A stretch of 47,263 nt of DNA from a virus (lineage: Duplodnaviria; Caudoviricetes): IMG/VR virus record IMGVR_UViG_3300037440_000041, positions 1-47,263 of that record. One strand, written 5' to 3'. Shown here in pieces: positions 19,020-28,334 of this stretch (positions are counted from its first letter, which is position 1; each line of letters begins with the position of its first letter). The notes beneath the pieces were generated by a model that was not told where the DNA came from, did no database searches, and worked only from the letters and a program-made list of their open reading frames with translations. The translations under genes and the position numbers were made by a program.

Positions 19020-20863
19020 TAGCGTAACTGACTTCCACCAAGATTTGTATTTCGGACCCTAGTAGCCTGCTCGAACAGTTCATCACCGCTAGGTGTTAGT
19101 GCTGGCTGTCCGCTAGAAGCAGCCCCGCCAGCAGCCGCAGCGTCAAACAGGGTATTGCTAGTATTCACACCACTTCCTGGTGTGTCTGCCTGAATACCCA
19201 TTTGCTGCATTAAGTTAGCTAGTTCTCCAAACACCTGAGCAGCGGTCATCACACGTATCTTACGGAATTCTTCTGATAGGAATACGTCCTCACTCGCACG
19301 CTTAGTCATTTCCATTTGTGGCTCATCACTAATATTACCACGTTCCATAGCAGTTGTATAGCTAAGGAATGGGTTACGTAGTGCAGCTTCCATCCAGAAC
19401 CTAGCCTTAACCTGTGAAATAGCATCTTCGTCTGATGTAGACAACTCAGCACGTACACGCTTAAAGCCGTGTAGGTCTTCTGGCTTAAGTCTTACTTCTC
19501 CGTCACGGTTGTCTACTGCTGCGAAGATAGTAACAGGAGCACCGATAACATCTTCGATGTCGCTGAATACCTGCTCAGTGAGTCTCTCTACTAAGCGCTC
19601 TAGACCGCTTACAGGACCAGCTAGTTTAGAAGTAGCATTACGTACGTTCTGGTCTGCTTCAGTAGCTGTCTCTACACCACTCATTGGAATACCACCTAGG
19701 ATATCCATCTTGAATGTGGAGTTAGCTACGCGGTCAGTCTTCTCTAGCATACGAGTCACGCTTGCAGGAATGTCAGGCCACTCGACTACGTCAAAGTCTT
19801 CGCGCTGAGGGTCATCTTCAGCACCTTCTAGTGGGATAACCTTGCCCGGACCTACTATCAGCTTCTTTGAGGCGTCCATATTACGGGTTTTAACCATAGG
19901 AAATGCTGTGATTTCCGTGACAGCTTGGATGCTGGAAGTCTGAATAGACTCCATTTGGAACACTTCGAAAGCGTGTTCGGTCATACCAACAAACTTTTCT
20001 TCTGGTTTAGCGAGCATATGGTTAGCACCGAAGCCGGGGTCTTCGATGACTACGGGGATATATGGGTAAGGATTGTCATCTTCGTGTACTAGGTCTTCTT
20101 GTACCCACTGTACAAACCTACCTGGTTCGTCCTTCTCCGCGTTCTTAACAGGCTTAGACCAGTATTCTTTGTATTCCAGCTTATCAAAGTCATTGTATTC
20201 AGGACTGGCCCACAAGTGTGCCTTATCCGGCCAGCGATATTTAGCTTCTTCACACAGAATATCATAAGCAATATACACGTATTTGGGGTCACGGTGGTTA
20301 CTAGGGTCTTCAAAGATAGTGGTGTTGTCGAGTAGCTGAACGTCCCACATGAACTCATCCCTGCCTAGACTAGCTATCTTATTGCGGTAACTGTCAGTAG
20401 CGCGCTTAAAGCTGTCATCACCAGGGTGGTCATCACGTGTAGGCTTGTCTGGGAGCATATCCATACGTAGAGTCTTACGGATAGCAATTTTGCCCTCATT
20501 AAGAAAAGGCTTCTTGCCATCACCAATAGGATTAAACCGCTTGGTTACTTCTGACCACCAAGCGTTAGCGAACTTACGCTTAGCTTCAGCGGTATCCTGC
20601 TCTTTCTGTCTATCACCCTCAGTAGGGCGCACAGGTATGTAGATACGTGGATTGTGTAGGATATGGTCTGCAGGTTCATCGATAGCTCTACGTGCTGTAG
20701 GTAGTATACGTACTTTAATACCGCTGCCTTCTGGGACTACATCTTTCTGGTAGTCCAAGTTGTAGTATTTACGGTTACGGTCTACGTTACGGTGGTACGC
20801 ACCAAAGAACTGAGTCTTCAGTTCAGCGTATTTAAGTAGTAGCTTGTCTGACGCTTCACTCAC
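19019..20863 (-). CDS. portal protein
   Basis: 614 aa directly after TerL; NPYPYIP, ETATE motifs of P22/T7-like portals. Confidence 0.75.
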   Translation of the reverse strand: MSEASDKLLLKYAELKTQFFGAYHRNVDRNRKYYNLDYQKDVVPEGSGIKVRILPTARRAIDEPADHILHNPRIYIPVRPTEGDRQKEQDTAEAKRKFANAWWSEVTKRFNPIGDGKKPFLNEGKIAIRKTLRMDMLPDKPTRDDHPGDDSFKRATDSYRNKIASLGRDEFMWDVQLLDNTTIFEDPSNHRDPKYVYIAYDILCEEAKYRWPDKAHLWASPEYNDFDKLEYKEYWSKPVKNAEKDEPGRFVQWVQEDLVHEDDNPYPYIPVVIEDPGFGANHMLAKPEEKFVGMTEHAFEVFQMESIQTSSIQAVTEITAFPMVKTRNMDASKKLIVGPGKVIPLEGAEDDPQREDFDVVEWPDIPASVTRMLEKTDRVANSTFKMDILGGIPMSGVETATEADQNVRNATSKLAGPVSGLERLVERLTEQVFSDIEDVIGAPVTIFAAVDNRDGEVRLKPEDLHGFKRVRAELSTSDEDAISQVKARFWMEAALRNPFLSYTTAMERGNISDEPQMEMTKRASEDVFLSEEFRKIRVMTAAQVFGELANLMQQMGIQADTPGSGVNTSNTLFDAAAAGGAASSGQPALTPSGDELFEQATRVRNTNLGGSQLR

Positions 20864-20875
20864 TACCTAGACTCC

Positions 20876-22204
20876 TTAACCAACTGATATACCCATACGT
20901 TCTAACGGATTATCTGACTGAATGTAGCTATATGCCCCTGAGCCGCTAGTTCTGTCACTGCGTACACCCTCGTTTAGCAAAGCTAGTGCGGTGATACAGT
21001 CGTCATGGAAGCCACTAGCAGCTTCAGCGGTAAGCCTACCGCTAGGTGTAGAACGGTACAGATAAGATTTTAGTTCGCGGATTACATCATCCCAGTCTTT
21101 AGGGAACATTATTCTGCGGTGCTCTAAGTCAGCCTGTAGCTGCTTCATAATGGGCATCTTGCTAGCAACAGTGAACTTAATACCACGTACTTTAAGGCCC
21201 ATACGTCGTAGCTCAGCAATCATAGGCTCACCCATACCAGACTCATCAGCAATGATTTTAGGCTTACCAAATCGTTCCCATATGCTGGCGATACGTTCGT
21301 ACGTAATCGTAGGGTCTGTGTTATTCCAACGTTCTTTGAATAGGCAGGTACGCGTAGCCCTGTCAGCTATGATGACTACGTTAAAGTCATCGTGGATAGC
21401 TAGGTCCAGCCCCATAACGTATTGGTAATCCGGGCGGTACGGAGGGGTACTGTCCACCATAGCGTTAACATAGTTAACAAAGAACTGGCCTTCTTCGTCT
21501 ACCCACTCTCCAAGGTAAAGCATCCTGAATTCACGCTCAGGAATCTGGCTGCGTGCTTCTAATATAGTTTCCATCTTCATCCAGGGGTTGTCAAAGCAGC
21601 TTACGGTGTAACTGTGGTAATTGGACTCCTTAGAATCCTGGCCTCGCAGCCACATGCCTTTAAACCAAGACTGAGTGGGGGTAATATCGGGAGTTCCAAA
21701 TGCACGTACAGTTGCATCTCTAACGTCAAGAGCTGGTCGTATTTTGTTAAAGACTTCATCTGGTACCGCCTGACTCTCATCTACAATTAGTTTAGAAAAG
21801 GTATAACCTACAACACTGTAGGGGTCGTCTGAGCTTAGCCACTGTAATCTTGCCCCTAACGTACCTGCTTCACCGTCTACAATGGTAAGAATATGCTTGT
21901 TCTGGTTCATACGGTAGCAGTCACTACCGAATGTTTCAGTAAGCCTGGTAATATACATATTCACCATTAGCTCTGCTTTTTCGTAGGTAGGGGCTAACAC
22001 GCCAACCATAGGAGCACCGAAGATGTCCATAGGTTCAGACATGCCCATATCAATTTCCATTGAACCTGTGACTGTCTTACCTACCTGCCGTGCTGTAGTG
22101 CCTGCTATAAAGCGTTCTTCACGGTCATGCACGTGAGATTTAGCCCATGCGTTAGGAATGTAACGAGTGGCCCTCCACCGCGCAATGGGTAGAAGTTTAG
22201 CCAT
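20876..22204 (-). CDS. terL: terminase large subunit
   Basis: Walker A ARQVGKT, Walker B LIVDE, GTP coupling motif, nuclease GLD, ADESGMG, HDDC. Confidence 0.92.
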   Translation of the reverse strand: MAKLLPIARWRATRYIPNAWAKSHVHDREERFIAGTTARQVGKTVTGSMEIDMGMSEPMDIFGAPMVGVLAPTYEKAELMVNMYITRLTETFGSDCYRMNQNKHILTIVDGEAGTLGARLQWLSSDDPYSVVGYTFSKLIVDESQAVPDEVFNKIRPALDVRDATVRAFGTPDITPTQSWFKGMWLRGQDSKESNYHSYTVSCFDNPWMKMETILEARSQIPEREFRMLYLGEWVDEEGQFFVNYVNAMVDSTPPYRPDYQYVMGLDLAIHDDFNVVIIADRATRTCLFKERWNNTDPTITYERIASIWERFGKPKIIADESGMGEPMIAELRRMGLKVRGIKFTVASKMPIMKQLQADLEHRRIMFPKDWDDVIRELKSYLYRSTPSGRLTAEAASGFHDDCITALALLNEGVRSDRTSGSGAYSYIQSDNPLERMGISVG

Positions 22205-22673
22205 TTAGAGGTGCGTCCCCTACACGCTTACTACGTTCAGGTTTTACACCAGACTTTCTCTCCAAAGTTCTTAGTCGATGGCATGAAGCACAGACTACTT
22301 CCACAATTTTCATTTCTTTCCAAAATTCCTCCCAGGGAAGTCGGGCCAACGAGCGGCCGTAACTAGCATAGGTTTGCGTTCTTGGTACGATATGGTCTAA
22401 ATCTAACGCAGCCGGGTGAAACCACTGCTTACAGTCGGTACAGGGTGTGTTGTATTTATAAGCACTAATTATTTCGGTTTTCAGTTTATCTGAACGTAGA
22501 TGTACTTCTCCTAAATAATCCTCTATTTTCTTGGTACCGCGTCTCTCTCTACGCCAAACGTTGTAGGCATCTTTGCATGACCTACACGTTGGGCCATACT
22601 CGTCTGGATGAGTAAAATGCTTGGTATAACCGGATAGGGTCCCATGAGGACGTTCTTTTATTCTGTTAGCCAT
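22197..22673 (-). CDS. HNH endonuclease next to terminase
   Basis: CTDC...DLDHI...CASCHRLRT; N-terminal HGT..GY...CxxC. Confidence 0.85.
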   Translation of the reverse strand: MANRIKERPHGTLSGYTKHFTHPDEYGPTCRSCKDAYNVWRRERRGTKKIEDYLGEVHLRSDKLKTEIISAYKYNTPCTDCKQWFHPAALDLDHIVPRTQTYASYGRSLARLPWEEFWKEMKIVEVVCASCHRLRTLERKSGVKPERSKRVGDAPLNG

Positions 22674-22712
22674 AGAGAGCACGCCATCTTGCGATAGGCA
22701 GCAGTTTAGTCA

Positions 22713-22961
22713 TTAGCTTAGCTGGTTAGCATCCCAGAATGCTACCGAGCCTGAGAAGGGGCTGATAAACCACGAAGATGTGGGGTCTACTTCGTACTTA
22801 CGGAGTAGGTCACCAGCCATCTTAAAGTATTCAAGGTAAGACTGATAAGCTTCCTCAGCAGACTGAGAGTGGTGTGCATTGTCTGCTAATTCTTTCTTAG
22901 CCATAACCATACGCCACCGAGCTAGTTCCATTTCCTCAAGTGTACCCGCTTTAGCTAGCAT
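22713..22961 (-). CDS. hypothetical protein
   Basis: SD AAGGGGG then ATG. Confidence 0.55.
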   Translation of the reverse strand: MLAKAGTLEEMELARWRMVMAKKELADNAHHSQSAEEAYQSYLEYFKMAGDLLRKYEVDPTSSWFISPFSGSVAFWDANQLS

Positions 22962-23038
22962 CTAACACCCCCTTGTCAGTGATGTCCGATAATATTTCCA
23001 TAATCAGTTCTAAATAAGATTTTGACTGTTTACACGTG

Positions 23039-23620
23039 TTAGGTAGCATCGATAATCTCCCTTCGCCTAATCGACTCGTTCGGGTCAATTGTGTGAACAG
23101 TAATCTCGTGTACAGGTGTACGCTCGTTAAGGACTGCTATCAATGATTCACTCTTGATGTTCAGGTCCTGAGTCTCCCTAGCCTTGCCAGATAACAGTTC
23201 GATAAGCTTGAAGATAAGCTGACCGTCTTTCTTAAAAGCTACTAAGTGTCTTTGGTCACACTCTTCGTGGGGGCATTCTACTCTTTGCGGGGAACCTTCT
23301 GCCGCCGAGTACGCTTCTTTGAGCCACCAAGCAAACGAGCCTCTCTTCTCTTCACCACCTTCCAGCGGTACAAGGTGCTCAAGAGCCTCGCGGTACGTCT
23401 TAGACTTCTTGTAACCCGTAAGGCGTGCTGTTTTTGCGATATCGTTCGCGTTGGGGTATCTCCCACTTCCACGTACTAGCTTACCCTCCAAGTTCCTGAC
23501 TACTGGTCTTAAAGGATTCTGTCCAGGTTGCACAGTGTACTCCCTGGCTTCTACCTTAGCTTTTAAAGGCTCAGGTAGTAAGTCTGCTAGTTCTTGTTCT
23601 GCCTTGTTTAGCCGTCTCAT
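23039..23620 (-). CDS. putative terminase small subunit
   Basis: First late gene; GKLVRGSG..N and ELLSGKA segments; call rests mainly on position. Confidence 0.5.
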   Translation of the reverse strand: MRRLNKAEQELADLLPEPLKAKVEAREYTVQPGQNPLRPVVRNLEGKLVRGSGRYPNANDIAKTARLTGYKKSKTYREALEHLVPLEGGEEKRGSFAWWLKEAYSAAEGSPQRVECPHEECDQRHLVAFKKDGQLIFKLIELLSGKARETQDLNIKSESLIAVLNERTPVHEITVHTIDPNESIRRREIIDAT

Positions 23621-23646
23621 GGATAGTTTAATCTCCGCATATACCT

Positions 23647-23675
23647 ATTATGCCTCTCTAAGATACATATGTCAA
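23647..23675 (-). promoter_or_regulatory. sigma70-type promoter of the packaging operon
   Basis: TTGACA-17-CATAAT, then SD GGAG and ATG at 23620. Confidence 0.7.
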
Positions 23676-23679
23676 GTAC

Positions 23680-24480
23680 TTAAATGAGCTTCAGTCTGAA
23701 AAGGTTAGCTGCTTGGATGATGGAAGTACTGCCCTCGGTACGCAAAGAGGGTTTAGACACTAAAGCTAGTTCGTAGATGTGCATTATAGGTGTATACTTT
23801 ATAGAATATTTAGTTTGAGGCTGATTCCATAAGCTGTAATACAGCGTCTTTCTAACAAACAAGGTTATTCCTTCCGAAGGAACCTGTAGGTTCCTAATAT
23901 AATTAGATTCATAACAGTGTAGTTATGTTCTGTAAAGTGATAGACTCGGCCCTTTTGGGAACCATCTTTGGTTTAGCTATTCGGTTATTGCTCATTAGCT
24001 TTTCTTTTTAAAGACTTTGCTCATTAGCTCTATTTTGTGAGGGTCTTACCGCCCTACTACTCTCGTGTTAGCTTCTTGGCTCCCTACCCCTGTGCTTCTG
24101 TGTAGTAGCTATGGTGTACTAGCGTGATGTGATGACGTGTTACGCGTTACTTGTGACGTTGTAGTGAGTAGTGGTGGGGCGTCGAACAGGTCGGTTCAGC
24201 AGTGGTAGTGTGGGTAGCTGCTAACGTGTTAGCCTCAGCTAAGCGGCATGCTGTGCAGTCATCACGCTTATGGTTCATAGGCCTTAGCAGCACCGCTCCC
24301 CGCTCTCTCCAATGATCTATATGTATAATCCTACAACATTTGAACCCATAAGTCAAGCGGTTTGCAAGGGTTTTGCAAGGGTTTTGCGATAACTTTCAAG
24401 AATTTGTTGTATTTCTGCAACAAGATTGGGCGTAGAGTGTTGTTTGTCAAGCATTTGTCAAGCAGCCGAACCGAACGGAG
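23680..24480. other. divergent non-coding control region with short repeats
   Basis: ttgctcattagct x2 (~23988, ~24017), ttttgcaaggg tandem (~24360-24387), tttgtcaagca x2 (~24443-24464). Confidence 0.55.
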
Positions 24481-24486
24481 ACCACG

Positions 24487-24738
24487 ATGGCAATGGCAAA
24501 GCGCTTCCAGCCTGACACGACCGTGACTCGCGATCTGTACGAGACCGCACGAGACTCCAACATGCTGCGCATCGGTGGGGACTTGTGGACGAACGAGTAC
24601 AAGCTGCTCGCTCAAGCGTTCCGAGACTCACGCGTCGCATCCATCCGTGTCCCGCGACTGACCACGGGACTCTGGGCCGAGGTTGACGCAATCCTGACAG
24701 ATGGCACTCGCGGAACCGTCCGCGTCTTCGACAACTAG
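24487..24738 (+). CDS. early hypothetical protein
   Basis: SD GGAG then ATG; GC-rich codons. Confidence 0.65.
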   Translation: MAMAKRFQPDTTVTRDLYETARDSNMLRIGGDLWTNEYKLLAQAFRDSRVASIRVPRLTTGLWAEVDAILTDGTRGTVRVFDN

Positions 24739-24788
24739 GAGCGTAACGGGACAGCCGAACGGCTGGACTCAAGAGAAGGGGGTTCACC

Positions 24789-24998
24789 ATGGCCATGACC
24801 GACCAGCAGACGATGAGCTTTGACGCAGCGCTGAACAACGCGCGGGGCATCGGAGTGATGAGCGGTGCCGCGATTGAGCGCGAGTACGAGCGGTCTAAGG
24901 GTCGCGACGACTGCCCGGAGTGCGGGGGCGTCCGGACGGTTGTCTACCGCCACGCGTCCGGAGTCTGGAAGTGCACACGCTGCACCGCGCGCTTCTAG
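24789..24998 (+). CDS. early zinc-ribbon protein
   Basis: CPECGG...WKCTRC. Confidence 0.65.
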   Translation: MAMTDQQTMSFDAALNNARGIGVMSGAAIEREYERSKGRDDCPECGGVRTVVYRHASGVWKCTRCTARF

Positions 24999-25004
24999 CA
25001 GGCC

Positions 25005-25043
25005 GCGGCTCGGGGCCCGACTCCGGTCGGACCTCGGCCGCGC
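25005..25043 (+). terminator. strong GC-rich hairpin after early gene (terminator or processing site)
   Basis: gcggc/gccgc and ccgac-tccg-gtcgg nested stems; no long U-tract. Confidence 0.4.
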
Positions 25044-25164
25044 CCGCTCTCTTGAGCGAATGTCGAAACTGTAATGAAATTGCAATGTTTAAGTGGTTGA
25101 CATCGGTCAAACGGGTGTATTCTTGAACTTGTCAACGGCACCAGCGAAGCAACGGAGACTGGCC

Positions 25165-25392
25165 ATGGCGAAGCACAATCGGTCATGCGAGCGAAGTTAC
25201 ATGGGAGGACGTGGCCGAGCGTCTGCGGATTGCATCGAGTGCACGGCACAGATTGACGCTAACGTCATCCACGCAGTAGAGTGCGTAGCAGCATTCGGCC
25301 GGAAGGACATGACGTGCGGCCGATGCCGGTCACTCGCGGCAGGTGTCAAGGCAGCAACCACGTATCGAACGCTGGGAAGGTACTCACGGTGA
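25165..25392 (+). CDS. early Cys-rich (Zn-binding) protein
   Basis: SD GGAG; CIEC, H...C, CGRC. Confidence 0.6.
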   Translation: MAKHNRSCERSYMGGRGRASADCIECTAQIDANVIHAVECVAAFGRKDMTCGRCRSLAAGVKAATTYRTLGRYSR

Positions 25393-25502
25393 AATGTCCA
25401 CTACAGGATGACTGGCGACAATGGAACACAGCTAAGCAGCTAGACCGTTTATTCACGGTCTGTCCAGCGTGTGGCGCTAACGGTTCACACGTACGCATCT
25501 AG
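25389..25502 (+). CDS. 37-aa zinc-ribbon-like peptide
   Basis: GTGA overlap; MKCPL...CPACGANGSHVRI. Confidence 0.45.
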   Translation: MKCPLQDDWRQWNTAKQLDRLFTVCPACGANGSHVRI

Positions 25503-25539
25503 TCCTGATAACGTTGACTAGTCCTGAGAGGATTCTAAG

Positions 25540-25659
25540 GTGAAACTGTACGTAGGTTCAATCGGGTACGATGACTGCTGCCCAATCGCGGCTGTAATCG
25601 CGACAACACGTCAAGCAGTAGAAGACGTTCTTGAGCCAGACTGCATGTGTCTGCACTAG
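25540..25659 (+). CDS. 39-aa Cys-containing peptide
   Basis: SD GAGG then GTG; MKLYVGSIGYDDCCP...DCMCLH. Confidence 0.4.
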   Translation: MKLYVGSIGYDDCCPIAAVIATTRQAVEDVLEPDCMCLH

Positions 25660-25670
25660 GAGAGACTCAA

Positions 25671-25928
25671 ATGCGCTGCACGATCGTCACACGCAACATC
25701 AACGGAACGCAATTCACGGCCGAGTGTCGGACGCACGCAACAGGGACACCCCACCTCGCATATCGGCCGTTCAATATGTGGATTAAGGCACACACGTCAG
25801 TCAAGTGCGCCTGCAAGCATGTTGCCGGGTCGCATGGTTCGATCCCGGTTTGGGCGTGGTACGAGCGCGCCGGTGGCACTAGCGACGGTACATCGTGCCA
25901 CACGTGCAAGTGCCGACGATTCCGTTAG
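25671..25928 (+). CDS. early Zn-finger-like protein
   Basis: SD AGGAG; CACKH...H...CHTCKCRRF. Confidence 0.6.
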   Translation: MRCTIVTRNINGTQFTAECRTHATGTPHLAYRPFNMWIKAHTSVKCACKHVAGSHGSIPVWAWYERAGGTSDGTSCHTCKCRRFR

Positions 25929-26247
25929 AACACTCCGCAGGGCGCATGACTACGGTCGTGCGTCTAACGGAATGGTCGAACGGCCGTTCAACTAGCCTGC
26001 GAGGCTCTAATGCCAAAGCGAATAGCCCGAGTATGGTTTGCTCATCCACATCTTCATCACCGGACATACGCGCTGATTCACCTGCTGGCACTAGCAGTAG
26101 CTATCCTATATCACGGAGCAGCGGTGGTGTTTCATACTACTGAGGATAGGAGAGACTACGAATAGCTAAGTCTAACTAAATCTAACCTTGACAACGTGTG
26201 ATAGGCTTTAAGTACTCTAAATCGGATTAGCTCAAAAGAGGTTAGTC

Positions 26248-26457
26248 GTGTTCCAGAAGCGCCACTACGAGGCCATTGCAGAGATTATCCGCGAAGCGGA
26301 CAGTAGTGCATTCGATGTTGAGCTATCCGCAGAACGTCGAGTCAAGAATGAGACAATCGCCGAGCTACGCCGGGATTTCGGAAGGATGTTCATCAGAGAC
26401 AATCCTAACTTCGACCTGGACCGCTTCAATCGTGCGTGTGACTCGAATATCAACTAG
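26248..26457 (+). CDS. conserved phage hypothetical protein
   Basis: KRHYEAIAEII...DNPNFDLDRF..AC pattern common in small phage early proteins. Confidence 0.7.
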   Translation: MFQKRHYEAIAEIIREADSSAFDVELSAERRVKNETIAELRRDFGRMFIRDNPNFDLDRFNRACDSNIN

Positions 26458-26488
26458 CCTAGACTACTATATCAACTAGTCTAGGCTA
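26455..26488. repeat. perfect 12-bp inverted repeat
   Basis: TAGCCTAGACTA-N10-TAGTCTAGGCTA in an intergenic spacer. Confidence 0.8.
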
Positions 26489-26502
26489 CTAAGGAATAAC
26501 TA

Positions 26503-26889
26503 ATGCTCTCGTTCGAAGCGTTCGCGTCCGCAGTCCCCAAGCCCAGCAATCGTACTAGCTGGAAGGGTGTTGTTGAATCCCTTAAGCTGGTAGAGGGTAC
26601 TCCGGTGCCACTGCCTCACTCCGATTCGTGCAAGCAGTTTCCCATCCTACGTAAATCGGTAGTGGGGGCTGGTGCTAAGCTAGGACTCACGCTAGAGCTA
26701 GCCAAGATTGACGGGGTTGTCTACGTGTGCCGAATGCCCTCAGGTGGTACTCAGGTGCTACCTAGTAAGGCAGCTCAGGTGCTACCTAGTAAGGCAGCTC
26801 AGGTGCTACCTAGGGCCGCTGAGCAGGCTGCTAGCAAGCCTAGCAAGCCTAGCAAGGCTCCGAGCATGCCTAAGCCGTTCGATGCATAG
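26503..26889 (+). CDS. hypothetical protein with tandem-repeat C-terminal tail
   Basis: SD AAGGA; QVLPSKAA x~3 and SKP x~3. Confidence 0.65.
   Translation: MLSFEAFASAVPKPSNRTSWKGVVESLKLVEGTPVPLPHSDSCKQFPILRKSVVGAGAKLGLTLELAKIDGVVYVCRMPSGGTQVLPSKAAQVLPSKAAQVLPRAAEQAASKPSKPSKAPSMPKPFDA
26750..26857 (+). repeat. 24-bp tandem repeat x~2.7 plus 9-bp repeat x3
   Basis: ctcaggtgctacctagtaaggcag; ctagcaagc. Confidence 0.85.
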
Positions 26890-26899
26890 TTAGTACTCC

Positions 26900-26938
26900 C
26901 GCACTGCGCTTCCAAGTACAAGCTTGGGAGCGTGTGCG
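26900..26938 (+). terminator. long intergenic hairpin
   Basis: cgcac-tgcgcttccaag / cttgggagcg-tgtgcg. Confidence 0.45.
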
Positions 26939-26963
26939 GCAGGATTACCCTTTGGAGTCTGTT

Positions 26964-27218
26964 ATGCGCCTAGACCAGCTTATGGACGAGCTTAAGTGTA
27001 ATCTCAATAGGCAGATAGAAACTGCTCTAAGAGTCTACGATATTAGAACAACAGTTAACAACTACTATATGCGAGAGACCCGAGAATACTTAGAACGTAC
27101 TTACCCTTTTGATACTACACGAGATATACAGCTTGCTTTAGAGGGAGATACTAACACTACAGTTAGGCAGTTAGCTAGATGGAAACTAGAGCAACTGTAT
27201 CAGGAGGTTAAGCGATGA
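26964..27218 (+). CDS. hypothetical protein
   Basis: SD GGAG then ATG at 26964. Confidence 0.6.
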   Translation: MRLDQLMDELKCNLNRQIETALRVYDIRTTVNNYYMRETREYLERTYPFDTTRDIQLALEGDTNTTVRQLARWKLEQLYQEVKR

Positions 27219-27286
27219 TTATTCGTTGTCAGGGGCGAGCGCCAAGTGGTGAGTTTGACTGTACTAGCTTTCTTCAAGGTACTTGA
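27215..27286 (+). pseudogene. truncated 5' copy of the 27758..28150 gene
   Basis: SD AGGAGG; MIIRCQGRAPSGEFDCTS vs MIIKCQGTAPDGTYGCSR. Confidence 0.65.
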
Positions 27287-27719
27287 CCGCAGAGCGTAGG
27301 TACTCTAGGCTATCTTTGAACCCCCCTAATGACATATTACAAATGGAGCACAATATACCCCGAACCTTTCCAGTCTCATGGTTATGGTCAACAACAAGAT
27401 TTAATCCTTCTGTAACATCTCCAAAGCATATAGCGCACTTACCATCTTGTTGTTCTAGGAGTTCTTTAAATGTGTTCTCATCCAAACCATAAGTATGCAG
27501 CCGTATTCTGTGTCTGTGTGCGTCACTACACACATCGCATCGGCATGCGAAGGTTTGATAACCGGAGTACCCATGTTCAGGAGGTTCCGTACCTCGGACA
27601 CGCTGCCGGTACTCCTGGCCTTTTGCTTTTTGAGTAGCGGCACAAGCCGTACACCTACAGCCGTAGCTGTACCCTGTAAAGGTCCCGTGTTTGTTTTCGA
27701 AGGAATATTGTTTTTTCAT
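27264..27719 (-). mobile_element. free-standing endonuclease VII-family homing endonuclease, antisense, probably leaderless
   Basis: YGL...QDGKCAIC...VVDHNHETGKVRGILCSICN; two HG..GY...CRCxxC repeats. Confidence 0.85.
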
Positions 27720-27725
27720 GTACTT

Positions 27726-27755
27726 ATTGTAACAGTACACGATGAAAGGTGTCAA
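27726..27755 (-). promoter_or_regulatory. sigma70-type promoter giving a leaderless endonuclease mRNA
   Basis: TTGACA-18-TACAAT with TGn; ATG 6 nt after the -10 box. Confidence 0.7.
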
Positions 27756-27757
27756 GT

Positions 27758-28150
27758 ATGATAATCAAGTGTCAGGGAACTGCACCAGATGGTACCTATG
27801 GGTGCAGTCGCCCGCTAGGTCACGATGACCACGGTATGCCGTGTAAGAGCCATGCTGCTGACGTAGTCTGGTGCTCTTTGTGTGACCAATGGGAATGTGA
27901 ACACGTTAATCCTTTAGACGTAGCGATTACCCAAATCCAGCGTAAAATCATTGAAGATGCTAGAGCCAAGTATCTAGAGCAGCAGAAAGCTCTAGCTAAC
28001 AATCGGGACGCTATGAACAGTAGCTTTGAGCGTTTGCTGAGCAGCAACGCTGTAGACTCTCAGGAGTCTAAGTCTGAATTAAATAAAATATCTGCTCCAC
28101 GCTCTCAGAAGCGTGGCCGATCATGGTGGGCTAAACTGTTTGGAGTTTAG
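27758..28150 (+). CDS. hypothetical protein with N-terminal Cys/His cluster
   Basis: SD AAAGGT; C..C...GH..H...C..H...CxxCxxxxCxH; C-terminal WWAKLFG. Confidence 0.65.
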   Translation: MIIKCQGTAPDGTYGCSRPLGHDDHGMPCKSHAADVVWCSLCDQWECEHVNPLDVAITQIQRKIIEDARAKYLEQQKALANNRDAMNSSFERLLSSNAVDSQESKSELNKISAPRSQKRGRSWWAKLFGV

Positions 28151-28315
28151 ATGCTTCATTATGTGGACCTAACTAGACTAGTTCCTAAAGAAGATAGAGG
28201 TGTTCAGTGGTACACTTTTTGTGGTATTATTGAAGATGGTGTAAACACTACTTCTTTAATTAATAAGATACAGTGTCTCAAGTGTAAAGAGACTATTCGA
28301 GAAGCTCTTATATAA
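28151..28315 (+). CDS. 54-aa zinc-finger-like protein
   Basis: Manual translation MLHYVD...TFCG...QCLKCKETIREALI. Confidence 0.55.
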   Translation: MLHYVDLTRLVPKEDRGVQWYTFCGIIEDGVNTTSLINKIQCLKCKETIREALI

Positions 28316-28334
28316 TATATAGTTCAGCATTGCT

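Noticed and set aside
1087-23687. Plus-strand ORFs in the left arm and most minus-strand ORFs in the right arm
   Set aside because: They are antisense shadows of long coding genes, with no SD or recognisable motifs
26750-26813. CRISPR-like repeat
   Set aside because: The 24-bp units are contiguous with no spacers and are in-frame coding repeats
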